The notes under the pieces are model-generated. The model was not told the origin of the DNA, did no database searches, and worked only from the letters and a program-made list of their open reading frames with translations. Position numbers and translations under genes: made by a program. Shown one piece after another: positions 1 to 13,419 of a DNA stretch of 64,000 nucleotides; within the stretch, counting starts at the first letter, position 1, and every line of letters begins with the position of its first letter. Source of the stretch: Epiperipatus broadwayi (taxonomy: Eukaryota; Animalia; Onychophora); the NCBI GenBank assembly GCA_028023455.1, contig JAQFVV010000002.1, positions 6,634,001 to 6,698,000 of the forward strand. Direction: 5' to 3'.

Positions 1-3000
1 TTTTATTTCAGCTTTAAAAAATCAAGACAAAGACATAGTCAATTAATGACTATTTTGCTATTTTCTGTTGTTTTAGATTTTTTTTTATGAATTTTACATA
101 AATAATCAAATTGGGGTTATTAAGGTCACCTTTTTATGACCTGTAAAAAAGATAAAATGCTAAGATTTTTTTTAAGGAAAATTTTTCCAAGCAAATACTA
201 TTGTTTAATCCTATAGAGTCTAGATATAATTAAATTAACTTTCTTTCATTTGCACCTCTTCTAACCCAATAGCACAGAAGTCTTTTATCTGGTGTCTCAA
301 CTTGTTATAACTCTTTGTCATTGTTGTCATTATCAGGTGGAAGTTTCTAAGAACTTGTCATAGTATTAAGTTGTTTATAAAAACATAATACTATGCTATT
401 CTTTGATTTCACACTGCTTGAGTATGATTGGCATTTTAATAGCTGAAAGCAGTGACTGGAGTAAACTTCTCTAACAGTAATTTGATCAATGGTCTGGAAT
501 ATGTAATAATTATTAATTCACATAAAAAACATTTCTATCTTTTAATTAAAATCAGAGTAGCCATATTACCAACAAACATGTTTACAAATAATTTCTTGTT
601 ATCTATATATAAATTATGTGGAATTTATTTTTAAATTTAATTATGTTCTTAAATATAATTTTACAAGTGTAAACATTTCTTATTCTCCTAATGCATTTTG
701 TATGAAGGAATAGTAAAGTTATTAGTATCACATTTATTTTTAAGATATGATTTGGTAATTTTAAAGGTAAAAATAACTTTATTTTAAAGGCTTTTTACAG
801 AGAAAGCCTTTCAATCTGACAGAAGAATAAAAATATCATTAATTGGAGGAAGTTTTTGTTTTATCGTGTTATTAATGAATGATAAATGAATAACAAAAAC
901 ATTTTTTTTTTTTTTTTGGAAATTAATCTTTATTTTATTCAATATTCTTTTACAAAGGTAATTTATGCTTATCTGCATACTCTTAATAAGTTTCTGCAGT
1001 AAAAAATAATCGGCATTTTAATATTTTATTCTGTTTCCCTAAAGAAAATATTATTTTTATTGAAAATCTAAAGTAATGTTTTCTTTATTAAGTATGTGTG
1101 TTTTTTTTTCTATCTATATATATATATATTTGATATCTCAAATCAGGAACTTTGATATCTGGTAATAATTTTATATCTTGATGATGAAATAATGTAAGAG
1201 AAAAAACTAAATACTGTACATGCAAAATATAATAACTGAAATTTATTAAATCTAATTATATATATAATAACTTACCTAATATGGTTAATAAATGGGTGTC
1301 TAACTTTTCTCAGCTATAGGATCAAACTCTTATCATCCAAGTCTGGTGAGTATTGTTTTCTCATTTAATGTTCTTCTGTGATGAACAGTTGGAAAGATTT
1401 TCTGCCTGTCTCTGTACACAATTTAAAGATTGCTTTATTGCATATATAAATATGCACGCACAATCGTTTAAAAAATATGATCAAATGTTAGTTACATAAA
1501 TGGCAATCAGTTTATAGATATGATTATTTGCTATTTGAAGATGTTTTATGGATTTTTTTAGTAGCTGTAATATATATTGCATTTGAATTTGAAGTGTTAG
1601 CAGATATAATAATGAATCACAATTGACAATGGATTAGTTTTAAGTTGATCCTCATATGGAATAATATTATAGTAATTGCTGGTCAAATGAACATCTACAA
1701 AGATTTGGACAAACTGTAGAAGACATTGGATCAGATCCCAAGCTATAATATACATATATGTGAAATGTATTAATATTATTTACTTATGCCCTTAATAAAA
1801 ATTTATAGAAATTTACAGTTTTATATATGGTAACATTTGACAAAAAATCATCTGGCCTCTTGTAGGTTACATGTTTTTGTCAATCAAATGTGATATCAGA
1901 GCTCATAAAATAAGTTGAAATCACAATAAAATATAGCAATTCAATTTCTGTTTAATCAGAACCACAGTCAGTTTGATATTAGAGAATGAACAAAATTTTA
2001 ATTGTAACTGTTTTTATATATTGACAAGGCGGAGCTTATAAATTCAACTCATTTTTAAAAAAAATCTTGGTTTAAATAAACATTTGAATATGCAATTATT
2101 AATTAATATAACATTATTTAAATGTGTAATGTATCCTTCAAGTATTTAGCTGATTTTACATCAAACACAGACTTTAAGTAAAATGATATTAAAACATTTT
2201 ACATTTAATAGTGTTTAATTAATATGTGCATTTCTGCATTCTGAAATTCATTTATAATAATTGTAATTTTCATGTTATTGTCTAAAATATAAAAATAAAA
2301 CTTATAAAAGTAATTCAATACAAATATATATTATTAATATTAGTTTATCATGATCCTAATTGAATAATAATAAATAACAAATAAATAAATTTTTCAGTTT
2401 GATTCGCTTAGTAATTCAAATAAATCCATTATTTGGTAAGTTAATTTGTGTGTTGATAGATAGCCAATTTCAGTAAATCATACACAACTAACTTTTTTGC
2501 AAGTCATGATTTTTAAATATATATTTTAAATGTAATTAAGTTGATCATCATCAGAAAACAAAGGTTTAGCATCCATTTGTAGATGTGTGATGACTTTTTC
2601 TAACATTCTTCAGAATTTTCTGTTTTATGTAATAGTTATTCTCAGCATAGAGTATGTATAATCTAGGGATATTAAACAGGAGATTTGGAAGTATATGAAA
2701 AAAACTGAATAGTAATAAGAAAAGACACATACATCAATAAAGTAAAATGTAGTACAAATCAAAAATTACTGTGTATTTTGTTCACTTCTCAAAACCTTTG
2801 ATTTCTAAGTAAAAATGTAATAAGTGCCTTATTATTCTCAGATATCAAACAAAAAGCTTTAAATTTGAGGGATTAATTGTTATTGTCAACATGATGTAGG
2901 GTTTAATTAAATATAAAAATGAAATATCTCATAAGTTACAAATTATTTATTCACATGATTTTAATATTCTTTACAAATTATCTTGACATACATGGTCTTA

Positions 3001-3023
3001 TTCATGTATTCTCTATAAATTAC

Positions 3024-3982
3024 CATTAAAAACCAATCAACATTTAGACAATCCAATATCAATAATAATCAACAATTTCAATTGTTGTCAAGGCACCACC
3101 TTTTAACAATAAAGGTGGAATCCCACTTTTATTAATGGTCTAATACAGTGTTCTTCAACCTTTGGTGCCGGGCCCTTTTCTGCAGGTTCGCGTGCTAGAC
3201 GGGCAGTAAAAAGTTTGTAATAATAAATAATAAGAGTTTAAACTTTTAATTAATATAGCCAATTTTTATTTATTTTTTCATCTCATTTTTACCCAATTAA
3301 AAAAAAAAGAAAACAGAACGAAAACAAAATATAATCAATCATTCATAAATTAATTTGTTTTTCTAGTTATCACAGATGTTTAGTGGGGGGGTAGAATTAA
3401 ATTTTTGATTACTTTTCTAAAAAAAATTAAAAAAAAGTTTTTTATTATATAAACTCCATATATATATAAAACTTTATCTTATATATTTAACATTGTTGTT
3501 TTGATCAGTTATAACAATTATGCTTATCTTTAAGAAAATTTATCTATAGACTTCTGCCGGTCTGTGAAATCTTATTCTTATTTTTGCTGGTCCGCAGAAA
3601 GGTTATCCTTATTTTTACCGGTCCACTGGTGTGAAAAGGTTGAAGACCACTGGTCTAATATACTTATATAAACCCTAAAGATTGCAACTTGACTATAGAT
3701 ATTGAAATTATTGATACAAAGAAGTTTAAATAAACCTCTTTAAACAGGTAAATATAACCTATTCTGAATGTAGACTAATAAATAGTCAATTATAACATTA
3801 CAAACCGCAATTATAAATTTCAAATTGCACCCAAAATATTGCTTAAATAATAACTGTAGTAATGCTCAAGGCTAAATGGTTTGTAAGTAATCATTAAAAA
3901 CCAGTCAACACATAGACAATCCAATATTAATAACAATTAACAATTTAAGACAGTTGTCAAGGCAACCTCCTTTTAACAATAA
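3024..3982. repeat. Pair of ~90-bp diverged direct repeats bracketing the MITE
   Basis: CATTAAAAACCARTCAACA...GTTGTCAAGGCA...CCTTTTAACAATAA at 3024-3112 and 3892-3982. Confidence 0.85.
3146..3652. mobile_element. Non-autonomous hAT (Buster-type) MITE
   Basis: TIRs CAGTGTTCTTCAACCTTT (3146-) and AAAGGTTGAAGACCACTG (-3652); perfect 8-bp TSD GTCTAATA (3138-3145, 3653-3660) matching the Buster nnnTAnnn target; subterminal CCGG-type motifs; no ORF. Confidence 0.92.
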
Positions 3983-6900
3983 TTATATATACTCTTATTT
4001 TCTTAAACAATCAACAAAAGAGAATTAGTTTTCTCAAAATACATGTTTTAAGGTAATTCATATTTTTTTTTTTCTAAATATCTTAAAGTAAGAATGAGTA
4101 TTAACATAATTAATTTTAAAAAAAATATTATGAAATTAATTGAATGTTATAGTGACTGGCAGAATGAGTTTTTATTATTATTATTTAGCATCAGAAAAGC
4201 CTTCTCTCACTTTATTTTAGTATGGTGAGAAGTTATTTGCTAAAAAATGTGTTGTGATATGACACTACAGTGCAACTCAGGAATGCATCGTTCACAGCTT
4301 TCAGTTTTCACTTTCATTTTTTTATAAACATTCAAGTGCTCACTGATTAATATTGATGTATATAGAAATGAGTACTTCAATCAATTATGTAAGCATTATT
4401 TTAAGTTTTAAATTATTTCATTTTTTTAAAATCCATTATTAGGGTATTAATTTACAATTACAACACAAATTTGAAATAATAGCAACTTATATTAATTATA
4501 AACATTTTGATAATATGAAGAGTACATACAATTCATGGAAGTGGAGGTGCCAAAAGATATGCAAAAAAGAAGAAAGATTGAGAATCACTTCTTTATGAAA
4601 AAACATACTATATACTGAAGCTATATATACACATACATATATTTGCTAAGTAAATAATTCAAAACCTATAATTTTCAATTTTTACCAGATAAATTTAATT
4701 TTATAGTAAACTTTCTTAAATGCTTATAAAATAAAAATGTTTAATTCATTAAAACTTGTTAAAGGCATGTGTGTAGTGTGGTGGTGGGGGTTCAAAAAGA
4801 TAGCTGAGATAAAATAAATAAATAACAGTAATATATATATAATCAATTCTAGGAAATTCTGAGATATAATTAATTTAAAATTCAGCTGATTTAAAATTCC
4901 TGAACATTTTAGTTGGTAAAGGCAGATGAATTATAGAACATAAGTACATTTATAATTGGTATAGAAATCTTATTTAAGTAATGAAAAAAGTTAACTTTTT
5001 TGTATTCTATATTTACATGAATGTTGTCAATATTTTACCTTGCAGTAAAATGTGTTAATGTATGTTTATTTACTGCCAGGAATGCTGTAAATAAAAGGCA
5101 TTAGGAATTTGAAAATTTTTATTAATTAATAAATAGGTACAAGATTAAATTGTCATTAAACTGATCAAAATTGTGAATAGCAAACATATTTTAATTAAAA
5201 TCAATCCAGATGCTCTTTGTCAAAAGTATTATAAATACCTTAGGAAATGTAAATTCTTTATTCTTCTGAGAAGAGTTTTCAAGATTATTATTAAGAAGAT
5301 TATTGAAATCGTGTCTGCTAGAAGCCCATACTATGCTAACCAATGAGTAGAAAGCTTGTGTTCATGTTCCCTTCACCAGGCTGGGGAGCATGAATTGAAA
5401 TCCCAATGTAGTTTGTGAACTGCTGCTCATCTGAAATCTGCTGAAGTATACCTGTGCCAATGTTCCAGTCATCATAAAAGAATTCAGCCTGCTGCCTGAT
5501 GTACCATGCTGTCAATTCAGAAATGAATAGCTACTGAGTCAATTATGCCATCTTTAGCTGAATGTTATCGGAAGAACCAGCATGTCTTCAATCAATTATT
5601 GATATCTGAGGAAAAAGGCATCCAGGACCATATGAATTGCCCCAGTAAAGGTATGTGTCAATATTACATCTTATGCTGCTTTTTATATTTTGCAGCATTT
5701 TCAAATCCTTCATGAAAGTAATAAAAGCAGGAACATTTGACCTCTCTATATAAGAATCTGCAACTTTTTATATCAGTAAAACAATTTGTAGGTATTTGAT
5801 GTTTCTCTTTTACTTGTATAATCTATTTTATTCATTTTCTTTAATATTTTACTTTAATTAACTTGTATTTGTTGAGAATGATTGAATATATTACTAGATG
5901 TAATCATTTTTAAATCTTACATATATACTAGATTTGTTATTAATAATCAGGTGACAGATGATAATTTTTTGTAAACATCTTTTATTTCTCAAAATTCTGA
6001 GAATTGGCTTTCTCTTTTCCCTTAAAAGGAAGCTAATTAATTAAAAGTACAGACATTTTAAGTTCCCTTCCTTGCCTATCAAATATTTTGTTTTCCAAAA
6101 ATATAATCTGCCATGCATTTCAATTATAGATTTTATTTTGCAATTACAAAATCAGGTGTTTTATAAACAATTATAAAAGGGATTGAATTAGTTTGAATTA
6201 CATTAGCCAGAGATAAGTTAAAATCAGTTGTTTTAAATGTTTCATTATAAGGAAATCATAGACCTCAAAAACTATAATATATTTCTTAATATGTGTGTAT
6301 AATATTTATAGGGTAGATCTTCAATTAAGCAAAGTATTTGAATATTTTAATTGTATTAAGGGTATTAGGCCTTAGTTTGGTGAGTAAATTAATATATGTC
6401 TGCTTGTTTAAATATATAATGTGGCTACTCATGTTTATTTTTGTTGCTCTTTTAATTTCAAGCTTTAGCAGTTTAGAATTATTCATTGCTCATCATGTCT
6501 TTAAGTAAATTGCATTGCTGGGTTTAAAGCAGTAGCAGAATAAATTATAATTGAAAAATATATTATCCTTCATTCATCTATTTTTAAATTTTTGTAACCA
6601 GATGGTAATAGTTACAATAATAATGCTATTTTCATTACATATACAGTGGATCATAAACTATGTTATATTTTGCCCCCCCCCACATGCACATTCAATGTAT
6701 ATAGCATATAATAGTCCATCTTTTGATGATAAACAATGATTAGAATATGTATTGTTTAGTATTTTTCAACATGTTTATATATATATATAACACAAATGCT
6801 TTTTATATGTATAAATAAAATTTATAAAAATAATAATATAATTTTAATAAAAAATTGAAGGAAATATATTTATATACGTTTTATTACTAAGTGTATAGTC

Positions 6901-8381
6901 CTTCATTCATGCATTTATTGAAGAAGACTACAAAAAAATAATTACTGTATTTTTATTTTTAAAATAAAATAAACTGGATGATTTTTTTCCCAATAACTTT
7001 TTTTTAATATAAAAATAATTGATTAATTTAACAAGACGTCTTTTTTATTTTTTAAATCACTATTATTTTTAAGTATATTTTAAAATTTTATAAAGCTTAT
7101 AACATAGCTTTTATGAAATTTATTATGCAAAATACCACATGTCAAATTCAGAAAAGATAATAAAGAAAGAATAAAATGTACATGCTTTTAACATTTACTA
7201 AAGAAATTTTTATTAATATATATAATTTTGTTTAGAGCTCAGAGAAAATAAAAATGGCTGTTTGAATGTAAAATTTATGAATTTTAATGGCTTTTTTGTT
7301 TTCTTATTTATATCTTTGTGTATTTATTTACATTTTTTTTTTTGGATAGTGTATAATTAAAGTCATGTAATTAGATACAGCATGGCTCTGCTGTATATGC
7401 TGATTAATAGAAAAGATCACTTTAAAATCATTAAAATTTATTTAATAACAGAAACTGTTCACTTAATTCAAATGACCATGAGATTTCTGTGTGTTGAAGT
7501 TGAATAAATTTAAATTATTTTACTTTAAAATAATGAGATATAAAGTAATTATCATATACCAATACAAACTTGCCTAGTCAGAATTCAGCAATGTGCTTAG
7601 AAGCTACTATTTGTATGAAAAATATATCTTTTTTTTTTAAAAAAAAATGTACGATTTAAATATCCTGAAATATATTGATTTATTATTAATAAAAAATAAA
7701 TAATTTTTTTAAAACTGAAATTTATTATTGTTGTCAAATGCTTGAAAATCTGAGTGTTTTTCATTACCTATATAAATCTGAAATGCTAATTAGATATGCT
7801 AATTGGATATTTTATGCAATATATTATTAAATTTTTGTGGAACAAACCTCTATTCAATTAATCCACTAAAGTTATAAAAAATATATAATCATTATTTTAT
7901 GTAATATATGTATTTACAGCAGTTTTTTGTTTTCTTTGTTAATTTATTTTCAGATTTTGTAATTACAATTAGTCTCTTAGTTAGATGAAGTTTCTTGTAT
8001 GAATCTATGTGATTAAAGAATAAAGCATAAAATAGCTGCTTTATTTAAAAATATTTAATACATTTGGTAGTAAAAACAAATATATATGTTAATTCACACC
8101 TAATTGTATCATTAAATTTATGTAATTAAGGCAATACTTGTTTAAATTTCAAATTTCATGTTTGAAAATTTAAAATGTTATTTTATTGATTTAATATTTC
8201 AATTTTAAAATTATTTATAATTATAACAAGACTATAATAATGTACCTAATGACTAATGTATTTATAAGAGAGATAAATTATAGATCAGGACTTTATTAAG
8301 TATTTAATTTAATCATAAAAATATTTAATGATTGGTTCATTAATCAGCTTAAATTTAAATGTATATATATATTAACTTTTT

Positions 8382-8484
8382 TTTTAAGTGTCATAGCATC
8401 GGCCGGGACGCGAACCCGCAACCCGGGCAACTGTCTGCAAGTGCAAGGCAGTCACGCTGATCACTCAACCACCAATGCAAGACA
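8382..8484 (-). pseudogene. Young tRNA-derived retrocopy/short SINE (tRNA-Gly-like body, TGC in anticodon loop)
   Basis: Minus strand GCATTGGTGGTTGAGTGATCAGCGTGACTGCCTTGCACTTGCAGACAGTTGCCCGGGTTGCGGGTTCGCGTCCCGGCCGATGC (8478-8396): 7-bp acceptor stem GCATTGG/CCGATGC, T-arm with CCCGG, short A-tail, 15-bp TSD ATATATTAACTTTTT (8367-8381, 8485-8499); 7 CpGs retained. Confidence 0.8.
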
Positions 8485-11400
8485 ATATATTAACTTTTTG
8501 TTTTTGTTTTTCTTTTAATAACAATAACAATAAACAATTATATTTAAACTATTTTTAGATATAAAAATTGAATACCTTTTGACTTTACAAAAAAGTTTAT
8601 TCTTTAATTAAAAAAATGTTAAAAGTTAAATGAAATATAAATTGTGAATATTACCATATTTAACTTAGTATATCTATTTAATGTTTATTAGATAATAGAT
8701 TGAGCATAAAATTATCATTTAATTTATCAAACTGTTTTTTTTTTTTTTACTTTACACAGCTGATAAATTCCATAATCTTTAGCTTTTAAATCTATTACTC
8801 TGCTACTGCTTTAAACCTCACAAGATACTTTGAAACATTTAAAGTTAAATAGTAAATATAATTTTCATCTAAATACTGAGTAGCAAATTCCAATAATACA
8901 ATAAATATTAGAAATACATTAATTAATTGAAATTAGGACAGGTACAAATAAGACCAAAACTAGCGTGCTTTGTAGTATTGAGTGGGTGATAAATATTGTA
9001 ATAGTAAAAAAGAATATACTATATGAAAAAAATTAAAAGAAATATCAAAATTATTAATATAAAAATTGGGTTGATAAATATATAAAGGTACAGAGATATG
9101 AATAGATTAAAAAATTTTAAATAAAAAAATTTACTTTACTTGAACTCGTATCCATATCTTTAAGAGTATAGTGGGTTGGATTGAATATATATAATAATGA
9201 TAGAAAAAAAAGTGCATAAGCAGTCATTATTAAGAAGTATATTTTAAGAAAAAATTGTATAAAACATAATTGATTGATATAAAAATGTCAATGAGAACAA
9301 TGAATGTATGATATAATATATTTAGCTATATAATACATGAAAAAATACTATGAGAGTATTTAAGAACATTTACACAAGGATATCAACCACTAAACAGAAA
9401 GAATGACTAAAAGATATTGATTGTAAGTAATAGATAGGCATTATTGAAAAAATGTGTGAGTAAAATAGAATAAAAAATAAATTTCTGACTAAAATATATT
9501 ACTGCGATGGTCAGGTTCAAGCCCTTCTCATTGCACCTTTCAGTTTAACCACCAAACCCATCTGTGCTGGGTTCAAACCCTATTAAAATGAATATTTTAA
9601 TAAATAAATGTATAAACCTTTCTATCATGGCTGGGTGCACAACATTATATATGCACATATGAATAAACGCTGTACATATATAGGCTAGTAGTTATTACAG
9701 TGAATATAATGTTAAATCATTTATTTATAAAATATAAAATTTAATGTTATAATTTTTAAATAGTAGAAATGTCAATTTATTAAATTTAGTAAATATGAAT
9801 TTGTATGTGGATGTATGATTCACCTTATATAATAATATATAGAGAGAGTGGCGTGATTTTGTTTTTTTGTAAAAGAGCAAAAAGTTTTTAGTTAAAATTA
9901 AAAAATTGGTGATAAACAGATTTGCATTTAAGTCCACTGCACCTGGGATTAAATCAAATTTAGAAAGTTGATAATTGCTATACTCAAATTTATTTATAGC
10001 AAAAATAGTCATTAAAATTGCTTTAGCAAAACTATTTTGATACCTGGGAGAGGATTTGTGGCATCATGGAAGCCTAAATAAAAGTATGTTTGATCAAATT
10101 GAGAAATGTTACATTTTAGTGTGATATTTTAGATAGAGTTAATGGGTTTCCAGGTGAAACAGGTTTTTTTTTTTTAGTAAAAGTATAAATAGAGTACATT
10201 TTAAGCTTGTAAGGAAGAGGTCATTAATTCTAGAAGAGTGTCACCATGCTGAATCTATGCCAGATCGATTTTTTGAAAAATCTGACAGGAGAAAGGCGAC
10301 GGCTGCTTCTAATCCCAATGAAAGAATGGTGTGATCACTGCTAGTCGATGCTTCAACCACCAGAGCTGCCACAAGAAACCATCCAGCTATGCTCACTCAA
10401 GAAGATCATACTACCTGAAAGCCAACACCTGCTTCTACAGACCAGCAACTAATTAATTGGTAAAGCCAATCCATATTCTCAGAGCTCTGTGTTAATGAAC
10501 TATTTCTAAATTAAAATTTTCACTTCAAGGTTTAAAGCTAGCAAACTATAAAATAATGTATTTTTTTAAACTCCTATAAGTGTTTATTATAAATTCTCAT
10601 TTAAGTAAATATAATTTCATTTGTATAACTTGTCTATATCTTAATTAAACTAAATGTAACCTACGCTCATTTCTTTATCTAATACTGTGGCTGTGCCTAT
10701 AATATTTATTTACTGTTATTCTTATTTATATGCTAATGCTTAGAAGCAGAGAGCATTTAAATGTAATAACTATGCGGAGATATAATTGCAAATATCTTCC
10801 CCATAGCTATTTTCTTAATAACATTATCGATGCTTGCTGGTTTGAATTCCTATAATTTTATTTAATTTTAACTGTATTGTGGCCTGCTATTGAATTTTCA
10901 TCTTAATGATATTTTTAAATAGCACAATGTATTAGTCTTAGTAATAATATGAAAGTATATTCAGAAATTATTTGGCCATTCGATCAATATACTTTCCCCT
11001 CCCCTGTAATAAATTATATACATAGATTGAAACCTATAAACCAGAGTTTATTATATTTTCTTTATTCCTCTCATGTCACTTGATTTTATATAGTGTTGTT
11101 AAAATTGGCTCATGATAGTAATACTGGCTGGGCTATTGCTCCATATTTTTGTAATAATTAATGTCATACTTTCACTTGGTGGATTAGATACCTTAATTAA
11201 ATTCACGTTCAATGTTTAACATTTTGCTACATCTTCTCCTTAAGATGGAACTTTGGTAAATGCCATCCTATCTTACCTTCTTTCGGGGTGCACACTAGTA
11301 AGACTGGACATAATAATTCCCAGCAGTCGTGTTAGCCACCCCAACCTTTTTAGCAGCAGGACGCTCGGTTACAGGGTACCTACTGGTGTTTGTCATGAAA

Positions 11401-12299
11401 ACCCTTGATTCTAATCTATCTGCAGTGTGCTCTGTTATTGTAATTTACCGGTGCTGTAGCATGTCAGTGATCTCTTTATAGCCAATTCTGAGTCCCATAA
11501 TTTAATTAATTATTCAGTATTAAACTGAAATTTATATCTTTGGTTTCTGGGTTCAATCTCTATTCTGAGCTAAATTATACCCTCATACTTTATTAAAGTA
11601 ATAATGTCTTCATAAATATTTTGCTTAAAATATTTATTTAAATATTTGAATAAAAGTATTTAAAAGAAAAAGATAATAAATATTTTGCCTAAGATTGGTA
11701 CAGCAAATTTATAATAGTAGCTACCACTTTCAATAGTAATTGGAAGAATCGTATTTAGGCACAACTTAGTGATTATTTAAATGTATTTTCATATTAATAA
11801 TTAAAGATTTGATGAGGAGAAATGTCAAATTCTCACATTATAGAGTCTGCATGCTTTTTCCACATTAATTATGTTTTGTTTAATAAATATATGTTAAATT
11901 TATTCTGGTTTGTGTTATTTCTCATTCCTATTTCAATCCTATTCAGTCTTAGTTAATTATATATATATATATATAGGATATAACTATATATGCATTAATG
12001 ACCATTTATGAAAGTTATCTTTAATTTCATGTTGGCCTCAAACTAATTTAGTTAGTATATATATTTGTCTTGAGTTTCATATTTTCCCCTGCTCTATGCT
12101 GGCCACAAAAAATGGATATACTATGTGTAACTTCAAGTGTGGTCATCCATAGGGTCTTGAGTCGTGGAGTACTGGCAAATGAGTTGAAGTTTGGTCAGAT
12201 TCAGGACATCACAATCCTGGTCTGGTCAGCTTTGGTCTCTTTGTCTGGATTCTAGATTCTGTTATGCAAATGTACGGAACTTGACCTTACATTACTAAA

Positions 12300-13240
12300 T
12301 GTTTAAAAATGCATTGACAGATAAAGAATAAATGGGAAATTAAATTAAATTAAAGTTTATGGTGAAAATAAAGCCAGGTTTATGCTGATAGAACTAGAAG
12401 TGTGGAAGATTAGTTACAAAACTCTATATAAAAAATAATATATAAAGAATGAATCTAAATTGACATAGTAAATTTAAGATCTTTATGAAGAATTGAGTGA
12501 TATGAAATAGAACATTTTAAATGCTCACTTATTTAAAGTTAATAAATTGGTAAAATGGATGGACTAAACATATTTTTAAATATATATATAAAATCATGTA
12601 AGGGAATGTAAAGAAACTATTAAAAAAATAACTGAAAAATGTAGAGATAAAAAAATAGATGGAATAGTTATTTATAAAAAAAATAAAAGGAAGAAATAAC
12701 TAGAATCAAATTAAGAAGAAAATATTTATTTAGAGTTTAAAAATTTATCAGAGAAACATGGAGTAAATAAATTTTAAAACATTCCTAAGAAGAAAAAAAA
12801 GAGTCATAGGAAATATAAGGAAAATATTTAAAAATAATTCAATAATTTTGAAGTAAAGATTTAAAATATAGATAGCTACAAGCCAATTAAGATGGAAATA
12901 GAGTATGACAACTGAAAAATTAATAGTTCAGTAAATAACAGCTGTGATTAATAATGGATATTGTGCCCTTGTCTGTAGGTCATAATAAGGTAGAAAGGTC
13001 AATTACTAAAAAAATTTTAAATTTTAAGTTATATTTGTATGATATATAAATAATAGTAGGATAATTAAATTTTATAGTACAATTTAAAGCTGAAAATATC
13101 TGGTATATAAAAATGTAATAGATTATTTTAAGAGAAAACAGTTAAATAAAGCTTAATAATATCCTTGCTTATGGTTGTAAAAGCTGGCCATATAAAATAA
13201 CACAGCTATAAATAGTTAAAGGTATGTTAATAATTCGAGT
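12300..13240 (+). pseudogene. Highly decayed RTE-like LINE fragment
   Basis: Purine-rich plus strand; translated fragment ILAYGCKSWPYK (~13160-13195) resembles the RTE post-RT LLYGxETW motif; many stops. Confidence 0.4.
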
Positions 13241-13419
13241 GTAATATTTTAAAACTAATAAATTAAATAAATGCTATATGTAATATTATAATTATAGTTA
13301 ATATTCCAATTTAATAGAGTATATTTTAAAATAAACTTTATGATGGTGAGAATTATATTTAGTTCTACATTTTTTAATTATTTTCCAAATTTTTTATAAA
13401 ATATATCAGTTTTGGTAAT

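Noticed and set aside
1660-1750. Peptide YYSNCWSNEHLQRFGQTVEDIGSDPKL
   Set aside because: Looks protein-like, possibly a retroelement remnant, but flanked by stops and I cannot assign a family.
5230-5670. GC-richer segment ending in AAAG|GTATGT
   Set aside because: In-frame stops and no good acceptor; likely a decayed TE rather than an exon.
9500-9590. B-box-like GGTTCAAGCCC and GGGTTCAAACCC
   Set aside because: No cloverleaf or TSD; at most decayed SINE fragments.
10200-12290. Three GC-richer patches (10.2-10.45, 11.25-11.5, 12.05-12.29 kb)
   Set aside because: Probably LTR-retrotransposon debris, but no terminal repeats or diagnostic motifs to support a call.
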